Shown: piece after piece, positions 1 through 11,899 of the stretch
Numbering within the stretch: the stretch's first letter is position 1
Layout of the letters: each line of letters begins with the position of its first letter
From: Mobula hypostoma
Lineage: Eukaryota
Assembly: GCF_963921235.1 (NCBI RefSeq)
Contig: NC_086097.1
Coordinates: 65,784,001-65,848,000 of the forward strand
DNA: 64,000 nt
Direction: 5' to 3'
Notes under the pieces: model-generated
Told to the model about the DNA's origin: nothing
The model's database searches: none
The model's input: only the letters and a program-made list of their open reading frames with translations
Translations under genes and position numbers: made by a program

Positions 1-650
1 GTTGTCCATGCGAGACACGTGGCCTGGCCAGCAGAGCTGCCTGAACAACAAAGTGGCTTCAATGCTTGGAAGTTGAGCCTTCTCCAGGCCATCATTGTTG
101 AGGACATGATCCTGCCAGCTGAAATCCACAATGGACCAGAGGCAGTGCTGATGGAAGTACTCGAGCAATTGGATTTGCTTATGGTACAAGACCCAGGCTT
201 CAGAACCATATAGCAGTGTTGTCATGCTGGCAGCCTTGTACACCTGGATTTTTGTGGACAGACACAGCTGGAGGTTCTTCCACACACGTTTCTGGAGGTG
301 TCCGAAGGCACTGCTAGCTCTGACAAGTCAATTGTCAGTGTTGCTTACTGCCATAGTATAGTTGGAGATGACGCTGCCCAGGCAGGTGAACTGCTCAACC
401 GTAGTGAGAGGGTGATCATCAATGGTGATTCAAGGTGGGTTATAAATGCCATGAGGGTGCTTCTGATGGAGGATCATTGTTTTCTTCAGACTGACCGTTA
501 ACCCAAAGGCCCTTGCAGCTTTGGTGAACTGTGACTGCAGTCTGTAGCCTGTCCGCTGTGTGTGTGTGTGTGGGAAGAGCACAGTTGTCCGCACATGGTA
601 GCTCAAGAATGGGCTCTTGCATGGTTTTTATTCAGGCAAGAAGGCAGCCA
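1..650 (-). mobile_element. Degenerate RTE-clade LINE RT C-terminal fragment
   Basis: The minus strand gives ADNCAL..HT..LQ (YADD-like region) and a GHVSRMDN C-terminal motif; frames are broken. Confidence 0.65.
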
Positions 651-659
651 TTTTCAAAC

Positions 660-1787
660 AGTACAATAAGTTGACATATTGATGACATGTCACATGATGC
701 TGAAGAGGTTTTGTGCGATAAACTGAAAAGCAACTTCTCTATCCAGGTTGTTGAGTCAACAGATTTCACCAAGAAATGTCATGTTGTAGCATTTGTAAGA
801 TTTGTAAATTATGGTGAAATTCAAGGATTTTTTTCTGTTGTAAAGAACTGCCTGAAACAAGCAAAGACCAAGATATATTTAATGTTTTGTCTTCATATCT
901 GGAAACAAAAGGTCTGTCTTGGAGGACCTGTGTTGGCATTTGTACTGATGGTGCCCCATCAGTAGTTGCTCCATGAAAGTTTTCATTTCTCTTGTAAAAA
1001 ATAAAAATCCTGATGTTGTCACAACACACTGCTTTCTTCACAGAGAGGTGCTGGTGTCAAAAACTCTTGGAGATGAAATGAAAAAGTTCTGGATGATGCT
1101 GCAAAAATGGTTAACTTTATTAAGCAGAGACCAGTTTTCTTGAGAATGTTTAAAAAGCTGTGAAAACCTGGACAAAGAGCACAGCAATCTCCTCTATATA
1201 CAGAAATCTGGTGGCTTAGCAGAGGAAGAGTTCTCAACAGGGTGTTTGAGCTGAAAGGTGAATTACAGGAGTACTTTCAAGAAAATAGTAGGCAGATTTT
1301 GCTGAGTACTTTGAAGGTGAAGAATGGTTCCAGAAACTAGACAACTTAGCAGACAATTTTTGATCATATGAACCATTTGAACAAGTCTCTGCAAGGCCCT
1401 GGAGAAGATATTTTGATTTCAAGTGACAGAATACTTGGATTTAAAAGGAAACTGAATCTTTCAAAATATCATGTTGCAAAAGGAAGTCTTGAAATGTTTC
1501 CACTGCTGTTCGGGCTTGAGAGTGAGGAAGGATCAGAAAGTCTCGAGTCTTATTGAAAACCACCTGGAAGAATTGCAAAATAAAATTGCAGTATTTATCC
1601 TTCCCTTCAATGCAACTGTATGATTGAGTGAGAGACCCTTTCTCTGAACCTGGATTATTGTATCTACAAATTACTGATCACACTAACGTACTGTAAGCTG
1701 TAGGTTTAATAATTTTTTTGCAGGGGTTCCCTGAGACCTGAAAATTATTCAAGGGTTTCTCCAGGGCAATAAGTTTGAGAAAGGCTG
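660..1787 (+). mobile_element. hAT (Charlie/Buster-like) transposase remnant with right terminus
   Basis: Motifs FSIQVVESTD, GICTDGAP, THCFLHRE and WLSRGRVLNRVFEL across frameshifts; ends in ...tttgagaaaggctg, a hAT-like TIR. Confidence 0.8.
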
Positions 1788-3784
1788 GTGTAGAGTCTTA
1801 ACAGCCACACAACTGACACTTATTAGAAATTGGCAACAGTCTTTGTCTCAATTAAGTGGTAGAGTGCCCCAAATAAATGAAGGGAATTCTAGCTATTTTC
1901 TCGATTAGTTTTAGTTCTTTAAGAGTTGTCCCAAATAACTGGCTGCTGCAGTTAACCGATTATCTAATTAACCGGAATACACTGATTAGGAATTTGCTGT
2001 AATGCGTTGGTAAAGGTGCGACATGCCACAAGAACATTCAACAATTATAAAGATTAAAGATTTATATGAAAGCAAACAATTGTGAAGAGAGCAAAATCTA
2101 ATGAAGTTCAATGTTAAAGGATGCATATGGAATGAAATGTGCAATAATAAATAATTGGCAGTATGTCACTTAGTTTATAAATTGTTTTATTTTTAATAGT
2201 TTTAGCTATGTAGCAACTGTAATTTCTTTTATTGGAGATATCTTAAGCTATTTAAATAGATAAAGAGCATCTCTTCCAAATTTGGCTACAGAAGGGCTCT
2301 GAGTTGCTTCCTGCTCCTTGTCAGAGTTTTCAAAGTTCTAGTAGCTACTGAGGCCTCAGTGTCCAAATACAGCAGCTGTATAGTCATTTCATGCAGCCCT
2401 CCACATCGGGTCCAAGTATGTGCAGGGGCTGAGTTCAAATGGTGGATCAAATCCAGCTCAGTTCAGTTCATTCCTGTTTCAAGGGAACACATCAAATAAT
2501 CTGAGTGGAAAATTTACGTAACCACAGATGATTTTGTGGTGATTTGGGACTAATTGCATGGCCGTTTCAAAGAATCAGTACAGGCAATAATAGAATAAGT
2601 TCCTGTGATATATTCTGTAACTTTCATTGTGAATTACACAGAACATGGAATAGTACAGCCCAGCACAGGGACAGGCCCTTTGGTCCACAGTCTAGTGCAG
2701 AACCAAATAAATTAGTAATCAAGTGGCCAACTAAACTCATCTGTTATGTCTACATAATATCCATATCCTTCCATTTTCCTCACATTCATGTGCTTATCTA
2801 AAAGTCTCTTAGAAGTCCGTAATGTTTTTGCCTCTACCACCACCAGACGCAGCACATTCCAGGCACCCACCACTCTTAAAAATAATTGCAACTGTAGCTG
2901 ATCCTCTTGGAAGGCTTTGGTGATCAGCCATACAGTATTTACAAGAAATCAAATAGTAATTTGTGTAACATCGAAGTATAATATAGTTTTAACCATTCTA
3001 AGACGTATCACAAAGATTCTGGTGAAGTATTAATTAAAATGACTGACATCACTATTTCTTGTTAAAGTGTAGCACAGCTATGAAGAGATGAGCAGCATTA
3101 AATTTAGTGCAGTTTGTAGAAATTTAACAATTTCAATTTGAATTTAATTTTCAAAAGTAAAATTAGAATTGACACAGTTTTTTTTAAATGACAAGTTTTA
3201 TCCTTAATTTAGATCAAACGCAGCAGCTATTTTAAATTAACTATAAATCTCTGAGAATTTGGAAACTTAAATGGTTTGTATTCTAGGTTTTTTTAAAATT
3301 ACATTATATATTTCCTTTTATGTGTCTTTGATGCATTTAGTTTTCAACTACATAGTATTTATTAGCAAAAGAGAATGCATTCGTTTGAAGTATGTTACAA
3401 TTTAATTGTAAGAAGGTAAATGACATGCTTTTCAGTTTTAACACCAGCATGAGTACTCAGTTTTTAATAGGGAAGAAGTCATTAAATAAATCATAGATTA
3501 TTTTTTCTCTTTTATTCCAGGATGTTATTGGCAGTGTCTAAAATAAAATAATATTTTTGTTCCATCATCAAGTGAATAGTGCATGGCTGAGAATCAGTGA
3601 AGAACTGAGCAAGATCCATTTTGTGTGATAGGGTAACTGCATCAGCATAAATCTTTTGCCAGTTAGGGTGAAAACAAATTTCACAGTTTCAGTAATGCAT
3701 CAAACATAAAATCTTACAGCAGTGACACAGGTCCTTCAACTAATTATTTCAGTGTTGACTATCAGTTACACATCTGTGCTAATA

Positions 3785-4440
3785 AGACCATAAGACATAG
3801 GAGCAGAATTAGGTCATTCAGTCCATCAAGTCTGCTCCACCATTTCATCATGGCTGATCCCAGATGCCATTCAACCCTATACACCTGCCCTCTCACCATA
3901 TCCCTTCATGCCCCAACCAATCAGGAAATAATCAACTTCCGCTTTGAATATACCTATGGACTTGGCCTCCACCGCAGTCTGTGGCAGAGCATTCCACAGA
4001 TTCACCTCTTTGGCTAAAAAAATTCTTCCTTACTTCTGTTCTAAAAGGTCGCCCCTCAATTTTGAGACTGTGCCCTCTAGTTCTGGTTACCCCCACCAGA
4101 GGAAACATCCTCTCCGCATTCCCTTACCTAGTCCTTTTAATATCTGTCATTTCTTTGTCGTACCCCCCCCCCCCATTACTACCTCATCAGCATTATTTTG
4201 CAGTGGTGCAATATCACCTCCCTTTTATTCTTTATATAACTGAAAAAAACTTTTAGTATCATGCATATACTATGAGGGCTAGTTTGCCCTCATATTTCAT
4301 CTTTTCCCTTCTTATCGCTTTTTTAGTTGCCTTTTGTTGGATTTTAAAAGCTTCCCAATCATCCAACTTCTCATTCACTTTTGCTACCTTATATGCTCTT
4401 TCCTTGGCTTTTATGCAGTCCTTAATTTCCCTTGTCACAT
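3785..4440 (-). mobile_element. CR1 LINE fragments (3' end plus ORF2 middle)
   Basis: CR1 3' end in antisense (ccataagacataggagcagaa...ttccacagattcacc); ORF 4259-4486 resembles CR1 ORF2 linker sequence. Confidence 0.75.
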
Positions 4441-5479
4441 GCACTAAAGGACTTGGTCCTTTATCTTCAATAGTTTGGCAAACCACGCACTTGTTCAGAT
4501 ACTTCTAAATGTTGTAAGAGCGCGTGCTTCACTATGGACACAGGCTTGCATTCCAGATACTCGCTGTCTTCAAGGTGAAAAATATGCATGCCAGAATAAA
4601 CTTTATTTATTTTAGTTATTCTGAAATTTTATTTAATGAGAAAACCTATGTTTTCTGATTTGCTGAGTAAGATCTGAGTTGTGGATTGTTAGTGTCTGAT
4701 AAGAACATTTAAGGACAAAATAAGCTGCAATGTATCCTTAAAAGCATGGCTTCTTTCACCTAGAAGCTTCACAACTAGTCAATTCGAAAAATGGCTTTTG
4801 GCACATTATTACTTAAATCATAGTTCCCAAATATGCCAGTCTGCACAAATTTCCATTGTACTGCCTAATCCCCTACTGTGAACTCCTCCTTCCTCAACCC
4901 CATCATACAAACAAATGATCCAATAGTTCAGTTTTCTGCATACTTTGTTCTATACAATGAAATAGAATCAAGAAATTTCAAGGATTCAGCAAATATTCTT
5001 TGTTAATGGAGTGTACAGCTTTGTGATTGTCAGTTTGGTTCTCTTGGCAGCAGGTCTGAGCATGAAACTTTGTGAATTTAAACCCATTTCCTTTCCTGTA
5101 AAGAAGCAATTCACTTCTTCCAGTTTCATTCTCCATTGCATGTGTTCAGTTCCGTAAATAATTTAACCTTCTGGGCTAACATTCCCTCCAATATTCACAG
5201 AACTCTGAATTGCCAAGGGCATTATTCAGCATATATGGCAATTCTGGTTATTTCGTTTTCCAGCAGTTTTGGGTTTTCTTGTATCTTTATTTAATGCATT
5301 TTTGAATAGGTGAGTGCATTACCTCTTCAAAAAAAAACTTTTAAGTAATTTTCAAATAACAATAATTCATATACCATTATGCTAATTATTAACTAAGATA
5401 GCATTAAACTGACAGACAATAAAAAGCTCAATTAGCGCTCAATGTTCTGCAAGTGATCACCAAATCTGTGCTTTATTTC

Positions 5480-6420
5480 TGTAATGCACAGGAAACCACA
5501 TTGTGTACAATGTATGGAGTGTTACAAAACTGGAAGAGGTACAAGTAGATCACAATTTCATTTGGAAAGAGTGTTTCAAGGACATGAAGCAGAGGAAGTA
5601 AAAGGATATGTGTTGCATTTCCTGCAGTTGACAAGGAGTTGCTCTGAAAATGGTAATGGTTGTTGATAGAGATGGAAGACTGAATCATAATGTCAGGAGG
5701 AGGGAAAAGCTTCCCTTGGGATGGTGAAAGGGGAAAATTGAGTAAAATTTATCTGAGGTTCGCATTGGAGCTGCTGGAAATTGCAGAATTTATTGAATGT
5801 GAAGCTGGTTTGTTGCAAAGTGAGAATAAAAGAAATCCTATCCTGATTCTGAAAAGGCATAGAAGTGGTTGGAGAAGAAATGCAAGAAATAAAGTGAGCA
5901 CAAGGGGTAAAGGTTGAGGAATGTGGAAATATATTGGAAGTTCCAAATGGAAGAAGAGATGTAGTGGATACTGTGAAACTGGGAGAACTGAATGGATTAT
6001 TTTTAGAAGCAAAGTAAAAGGTTGTTGAGGTAGCTGTGGAAGATGGTGGTTTTATCATCAAAAAAAAGGATTAGAGGCCTACTGTCTGAACTGGAGGTAG
6101 CGATGACTCTGAAAGGGAGCCAAAACAAGCTCTGTGGAAGAACTCTGCAAGTCAGGCAGCATTTGTGGAGGTAAAGGGATAGTCTAAGTTTTGGGTCAAG
6201 ATCCTGCAGCAGGACAGAACTGCTGATCTTCTCTAGCAGCTCTCTTGTTAATCCACATCCCAGCAAATGCAGTCTCTTATATCTTAAGGAAAGAGAAAAT
6301 TAGAGTTGGACTCTGAAAATGAGCACAGGATGAAAATCGACAATGTGGATAAAGAACCTTTGCAGTTCAAGGGATACAACAGGAATACACTAGAAAAAAA
6401 TATGAGGAGTGGAGATGAGA
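5480..6420 (-). mobile_element. Old, decayed Penelope-like element remnant
   Basis: The minus strand resembles the PLE Cys linker (CRKCNTYP) and RT C-terminus seen at 62800-63300; 6120-6280 resembles the PLE terminal region with a decayed hammerhead at ~6181-6215. Confidence 0.5.
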
Positions 6421-8373
6421 GTAGGATTTAAACAGATTACTCTGCATATTATAATTGCATATTTCTTATTCTTGAACTCTACCCACATTACCTTACGGAA
6501 AGAGCCATCCTCTCTGTGCCACTAACATTCTCCCCAGTCAACAGTGCAATTGCACAACTAATTTAACATCCCTCTTACTCATCTGTGAATCTTCTGAATT
6601 CTGGAATGTTGAGCTGCCAGTCCTGACCTTCGCTCAGGCAAGTTTTTGTTATGGCATCACTGTTCCAGGATCTAAGTTCATCACCCTTCCCTGTGATGAT
6701 ACTTGCATTTCAAACAAATACTCTTCAGCCCTACTGTGTTCATTAATCTGACCCAGCCTGATCTTGCACCCTTACTTGACCATAGCTCTCAATGCTGCAC
6801 CCCTTCCATACAACTTTAAGCACTCCTGAATAGTGGTACCAAAGCTCCCTGAGAGGATATTGGTTCCCCTCTAGTGTAGGTGTAACCCACCCACCCACCC
6901 TCCTTTCAATAACTTCCACATTCCTTGGCCATTCTCCAAAACTACAACCACTTATCTGAACAAAATTCTGCTGCCCATCTCTAATCTGAATTCATCCCAT
7001 TGACTCACCTGTGTACTTGCTGACTTGTATAGGTTTCCACTCAGATAATACCTCAATTGTAAATTTCCCATCCTTGTGCACGTCTCTTTTTGACCACATT
7101 TCTTGGCTATAGCTGTAATTTCCACTTGGCTAGCTGCCTGTCGAGATCTCTGTGCTACAGTGGCACATAAAAAGAACATCCTGTAGGGATCTTAGATGAA
7201 GTGGTATAGATAGAGCTCAGGAATAAAGAAGGTGCAATTATTACCTTGTATATTGCAGCTTTCCATGTACAAATTGTCTTTTGAATGCCCTAATTACAAA
7301 AATGATGACACTTGACAAGTCCTCCAAGAGTTCTAAAGGGCTTTGAGTTGCCCTGAATTCTTGGTGGTGCTGGACAACTTCAAATCTCCTTTTTAACCAG
7401 TTTTGACCAAATAGGCAAGATGGTGCTAGAGTAGGACAACTTATTACAAACTGCTCTCTGCAGCTCCAGTCATGACTTCTATTATCATAGTTCACTGATA
7501 TGATGAAATGATTTGTTTGGATGGCACATAGAACAAAGTTTTTTTTAACGTGTGGCACATGTGACAATAATAAACAAATTTACAAAGTGAGAGCCATAGC
7601 TCTGATCTATACCTGCTTCCGGAGCCATACCAGTTTTCAAAGATAGACAAGGATTAGTTTGCATTGTAGTTTGGAATAAATTCATTGATGGACCACATTG
7701 TTAACAATTTCATGATGTTTATAGATCATTTATCAGTCAGCATGAGAAGTATTTAATGAAGTTTGTCAAAGACATTATGTTATGTGAGTAAAATAAGGTG
7801 CATATGACAATTATGTTTGTGTTTTATCAATAAGACTAATCATCAAAAATGGAATTCTGATGAGAGGATTTGGAAGAAAGATGAGCAGAAATTCCATGCC
7901 ATAAATGATTATATCTTATAAGCACAATGTGTTGGAAATAGTCAAGAATGCAGTTGTTAACTATAATGTAGTGGTTTTAGTAGGGAAACAATGATTGAAA
8001 AGGATTGTTGAAATATTCTTCATTGAATTTAAATAAACCTAGAAATACTTTAAGTTCAGTATATAAGGTTGTATAATTTCCTCAATATTTTATTAACATT
8101 AGCCGTCTTTACATGTTAGTTCATTGTAGTAACTTTTAATTCTTCAGATTTAGATTGCCAGTAGCACAGCTAGTAATATACACTCCACACATATAAAGTC
8201 CCAAGAGATTAAAAATATCATGCTTTAGAATAACTAGCCCACTTTATATGCAGCCATTATTTGCTCAATCCAAGTCTTCAATCAAAAAGGTGCCATGAGC
8301 TTCTAAACTAAATCTGTGCATTCAAGTGAACTTTGAGCTCTTCTAAATGATTTCTGTCTTTGATTTGTAATAG

Positions 8374-8509
8374 GAGGGCTGAAAGTGGAGGTACCATTGC
8401 ATTGCATGACCCTTTCACTCCAGGTCAAGTTAACAAGCACTCAGAAGATAACAGGAGAATTGCTTTCCTGTTGAAGGAACTGAATGCAGTGAAAGAATCT
8501 AATAAAAAG
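8374..8509 (+). CDS. MIPOL1: MIPOL1 coding exon (RAESGG...RRIAFLLKELNAVKESNKK)
   Basis: tttgtaatag| acceptor and aag|gtctgt donor; IAFLLKEL..SNKK matches recalled MIPOL1; ends in phase 0. The 5' boundary is less certain. Confidence 0.85.
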
Positions 8510-9126
8510 GTCTGTTCTTAAAAGTTTAGATGAACAGTGCTCTGTATTTATGGCAAATATATCACTTGACTTCATTAGCAATGCTTTTCCGAATTTCTGT
8601 CTATTAACAATTAAATCATTAATGTGCTGAGTTGCTTTAAAATATGTTCTATAATTTTTATATAAAATGTTTCTTTTGAACTTGCTGTGAAATTTGGAAT
8701 AGACTTTACAATATATTTAATAATAACCCATTATATACCCATGATAAGACAGTTTTACAAACAATCTATTTTAATTTTTAATTTGATTAACTTGCATATA
8801 ATCCAAGTATGTTGATATACATTAGGGTCACTAATATTCACTACTAAACTAAAATTGAAATAGTCAGATGGATTTAATTATCAGCTTAAAATATCAGGGA
8901 TAGCTCATGTTTGAATATTACTTCATACTGCGGAATATATCTGATGAGGGTGAATTAGTAATTTAGTACTTTGCGATTAATTCCCTCTTGTAACAACATT
9001 TAAAGATTTTCCTAATTTCATTTTACTGGCTTGCTAACTTTTGCAATTAATTTATTTCTGACCAGAAAAGATACCTATTACTGATCATTCAAATACATAT
9101 ATTGCAATATACTTTGTATTTTTTAG

Positions 9127-9232
9127 CTTCAAGATCAATTGTCAGAAAATGAAGAAGAAATGGAAGTATTAAAACTGAATCTGGAATTGCAAGATAAAGC
9201 AGTAGAAGCTAGAGTGGCAGAAAAGGCTGCAG
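9127..9232 (+). CDS. MIPOL1: MIPOL1 coding exon (LQDQLSENEEEMEVLKLNLELQDKAVEARVAEKAA)
   Basis: ttttttag| acceptor and cag|gtacct donor; phase 0 to 1; matches recalled MIPOL1 LELQEK..EAKIAEK. Confidence 0.9.
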
Positions 9233-10012
9233 GTACCTTTTTGTAGAAATTCAGTGGTTTGCTGAATAGATATCTGAAGCTGCTGACATGATACCAAGAG
9301 CATTAGCTGTATTTGCTAAAGGTGCAAGAGTTTAAAGTTTTTTTGGCAGTTTTAACAGATACATAAAGTGATGGGATCCTGGTACTAGCAGGCTGGACAG
9401 GTTTAACTGAATTCATACTGATATTGGCATTAAATGCATTGTTAACACCATGTCAATTCAATCACAAAAGAAGCTGTTTGTTTTGTTGAAAGGCCTTGAG
9501 TCAACATGGGAGAATAATGATTACTAGTGCCTTTACCCTCCATCCAGCAGTTCAAACATTGCTTATTGTTTTAACTGGTTCAAAGCACCACGGCATCTTT
9601 TGTTTGGCTGCATTCACACTTATCTACAACTGAGCCTATTCTTACCAAAGTACTGGCTACACAATACAAGCAGAACACAAGCTTTGGTATTTCACATTTA
9701 ATTATTTAGTCCCCTAACTCATGAGTCCGATGAAAGGCTTTCATTTAAATTACATTCCTCTAGTCTCTTTTATCATATATTAGCTTTTAATTTTTAGCTC
9801 TAAAGCTTTTATTGGTTGATCAGTTTCAATCAGCTGTATTTTTGCCTTTCATTTCAATAGATAAGCTGTTCAAAGTTAATGAGTGAACAGGTTATACTGG
9901 GAAATAGCTGCTGTTCTGTTTTCCTCAGGTATTTAGTGCAGCACCACTTTAGGTTGTGATTATTAAGCTTTTTAGTGAAGGAAAATTTAGATTCCTAGGG
10001 CTATGCAAATAA

Positions 10013-10636
10013 ACGCAAACACGAGGAATTCTGCAGATGCTGGAAATTCAAGCAACACACATCAAAGTTGCAGGTGAACGCAGCAGGCCAGGCAGCATCT
10101 CGAGAAAGAGGTACAGTCGACGTTTCAGGCCAAGACCCTTCGTCAGGACTAACTGAAGAAAGAGCTAGTAAGAGATTTAAAAGTGAGATGGGGAGGGGGA
10201 GATCCAAAATGATAGGAGAAGACAGGAGGGGGAGGGATGGAGCCAAGAGCTGGACAGGTGATTGGCAAAAGGGATATGAGAGGATCATGGGACAGGAGGC
10301 CCAGGGAGAAGGAAAAGGGGGAGGGGGGGTGAAAAACCCAGAGGATGGGCAAGCGGTATAGTCAGAGGGACACAGGGAGAAATGCGTTTTTGATTCCACA
10401 TCCAATTCCCATTCTGACATGTCTATCCACGGCCTCCTCGACTGTAAAGATGAAGCCACACTCAGGTTGGAGGAACAACACCTTATATTCCATCTGGGTA
10501 GCCTCCAACCTGATGGCATGAACATTGACTTCTCTAACTTCCGCTAATGCCTCACCTCCCCCTCGTACCCCATCCGTTTATATACACACATTCTTTCTCT
10601 CACTCTCCTTTTTGTCCCTCTGTCCCTCTGTCCCTC
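10013..10636. mobile_element. Truncated Penelope-like element: inverted 3' terminus plus sense GIY-YIG C-terminus
   Basis: 10013-10381 is antisense to the 3' UTR of the PLE at 63650-64000; 10386-10547 is sense and encodes DMSIHGLL..EEQHLIFHLGSLQPDGMNIDFSNFR*. Confidence 0.85.
10115..10150 (-). ncRNA. Minimal type-I hammerhead ribozyme motif (PLE)
   Basis: The minus strand reads AGUC-CUGACGA-A-GGGUCUUGGCCU-GAAAC-GUC-GACU. Confidence 0.75.
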
Positions 10637-11030
10637 AGGCATACTCAGCAAATCTGTGGAATAGTGACTATAAACAGGATCAATAAAACAACAAGTGGAG
10701 CATAGAAGACAACAAACTGTGCAAACACAAATATCAATAAATAGCAATAAATTACAAGAGCATGAAGTAACAAGATAGAGTCCGTAAAATGAGACCTTTG
10801 GTGTGGGAACAACTCAATAGATGAATGTAGTTATCCCTTCTGGTTCAAGAGCCTGATGTTTGAGGGGTAATTATTGTTCTTGAACCTGGTGGTGCGAGTC
10901 CTGAAGCTCTTATATCTTCTACCTGATGGCAGCAGCGAGAAAAGAGCATGGCCTGGGTGGTGAGGATCTTTAATGATGGATGCTGCTTTCCTATGACAGT
11001 GTTTCATGTAGATGTGCTCAATGGTTGGGA
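10637..11030 (-). mobile_element. Rex1/Babar LINE 3' fragment
   Basis: ORF 10831-11067 contains KAASIIKDPHHPGHALFSLLPSGRRY, a C-terminal motif shared with other copies in the window. Confidence 0.75.
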
Positions 11031-11470
11031 AGACAAAAGAGTGGACATAAATCCTATCTGCAACCATTCTAGTTCAGACAGAGGGTTGTGGTAACAGGTG
11101 AGGTTGGAGGGAGGCTCATATATTGGAGTTATGATTGGCAACAGTGGAACAAATGAAATGGGAATGCTGTCAGAATATGTAGAAAATGAATACTGAAGTA
11201 TGGAGGTTAATCTTCAATTATATAGCGTTTTGGGACTGCAACTGGAGTAATGTGTACAGTATTAGTCTCTTGGTACAAGAGCTCATCTAGGCTTACTGAG
11301 TTATATTCCTTTCTGTCCAGTTCTATCCTGTGTCAGGGGATTCTGGTTCTCTTTTTACCCTGCACCCTTTTCTCTGATTCCCCTCAAACATTAATCATTG
11401 CATTTTCTATTTCACAACTTCATGCTGTACTTAAGCAACAACATTTGAAAATGTTTCTATTTCCACATAT

Positions 11471-11785
11471 AAAGTAAAGGCATCCGTTAGTCTTGCGAGA
11501 CCATGGATCTGTGCCTGGAAAGTCTTCACTCTCCAGGGCGCAGGCCTGGGAAAGGTTGTATGGAAGACCAGCAGTTCCCCATGCTGCAAGTCTCCCCTCT
11601 CCACGACACCAATGTTGTCCAAGGGAAGGGCATTAGGACCCATACAGCTTGGCACCAGTGTCGTCGCAGAGCAATGTGTGATTAAGTGCCTTGCTCAGGA
11701 ACACAACACGTTGCTTGGGCTGGGGCTCGAACTCACGACCTACAGGTCGCTAGTCCAATGCCTTAACCACTTGGCCACGTGCCCA
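11471..11785 (-). mobile_element. tRNA-derived SINE with CORE-like body and putative RTE-type tail
   Basis: Minus-strand head gggcacgtggccaagtggttaagg (A box) ... gttcgagcc (B box), then tcctgagcaaggcacttaa (CORE-like) and a tttac-type tail. Confidence 0.75.
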
Positions 11786-11899
11786 CACATACATCGTTAT
11801 TATAAACCAGTTCTTAGTCAGCATCACCTCTCCTAACCCCACCATCACCTCTGAATAGTAGGCATCTTTCTCATAATCCTTCAGTACTGTCAGACAATA

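Noticed and set aside
2260..2500. Possible additional MIPOL1 exon (open frame after tttaaatag)
   Set aside because: No recognisable similarity, weak acceptor, and no convincing phase-compatible donor.
11700..11785. tRNA gene
   Set aside because: A and B boxes are present but continue into a SINE body, and no full cloverleaf is evident.
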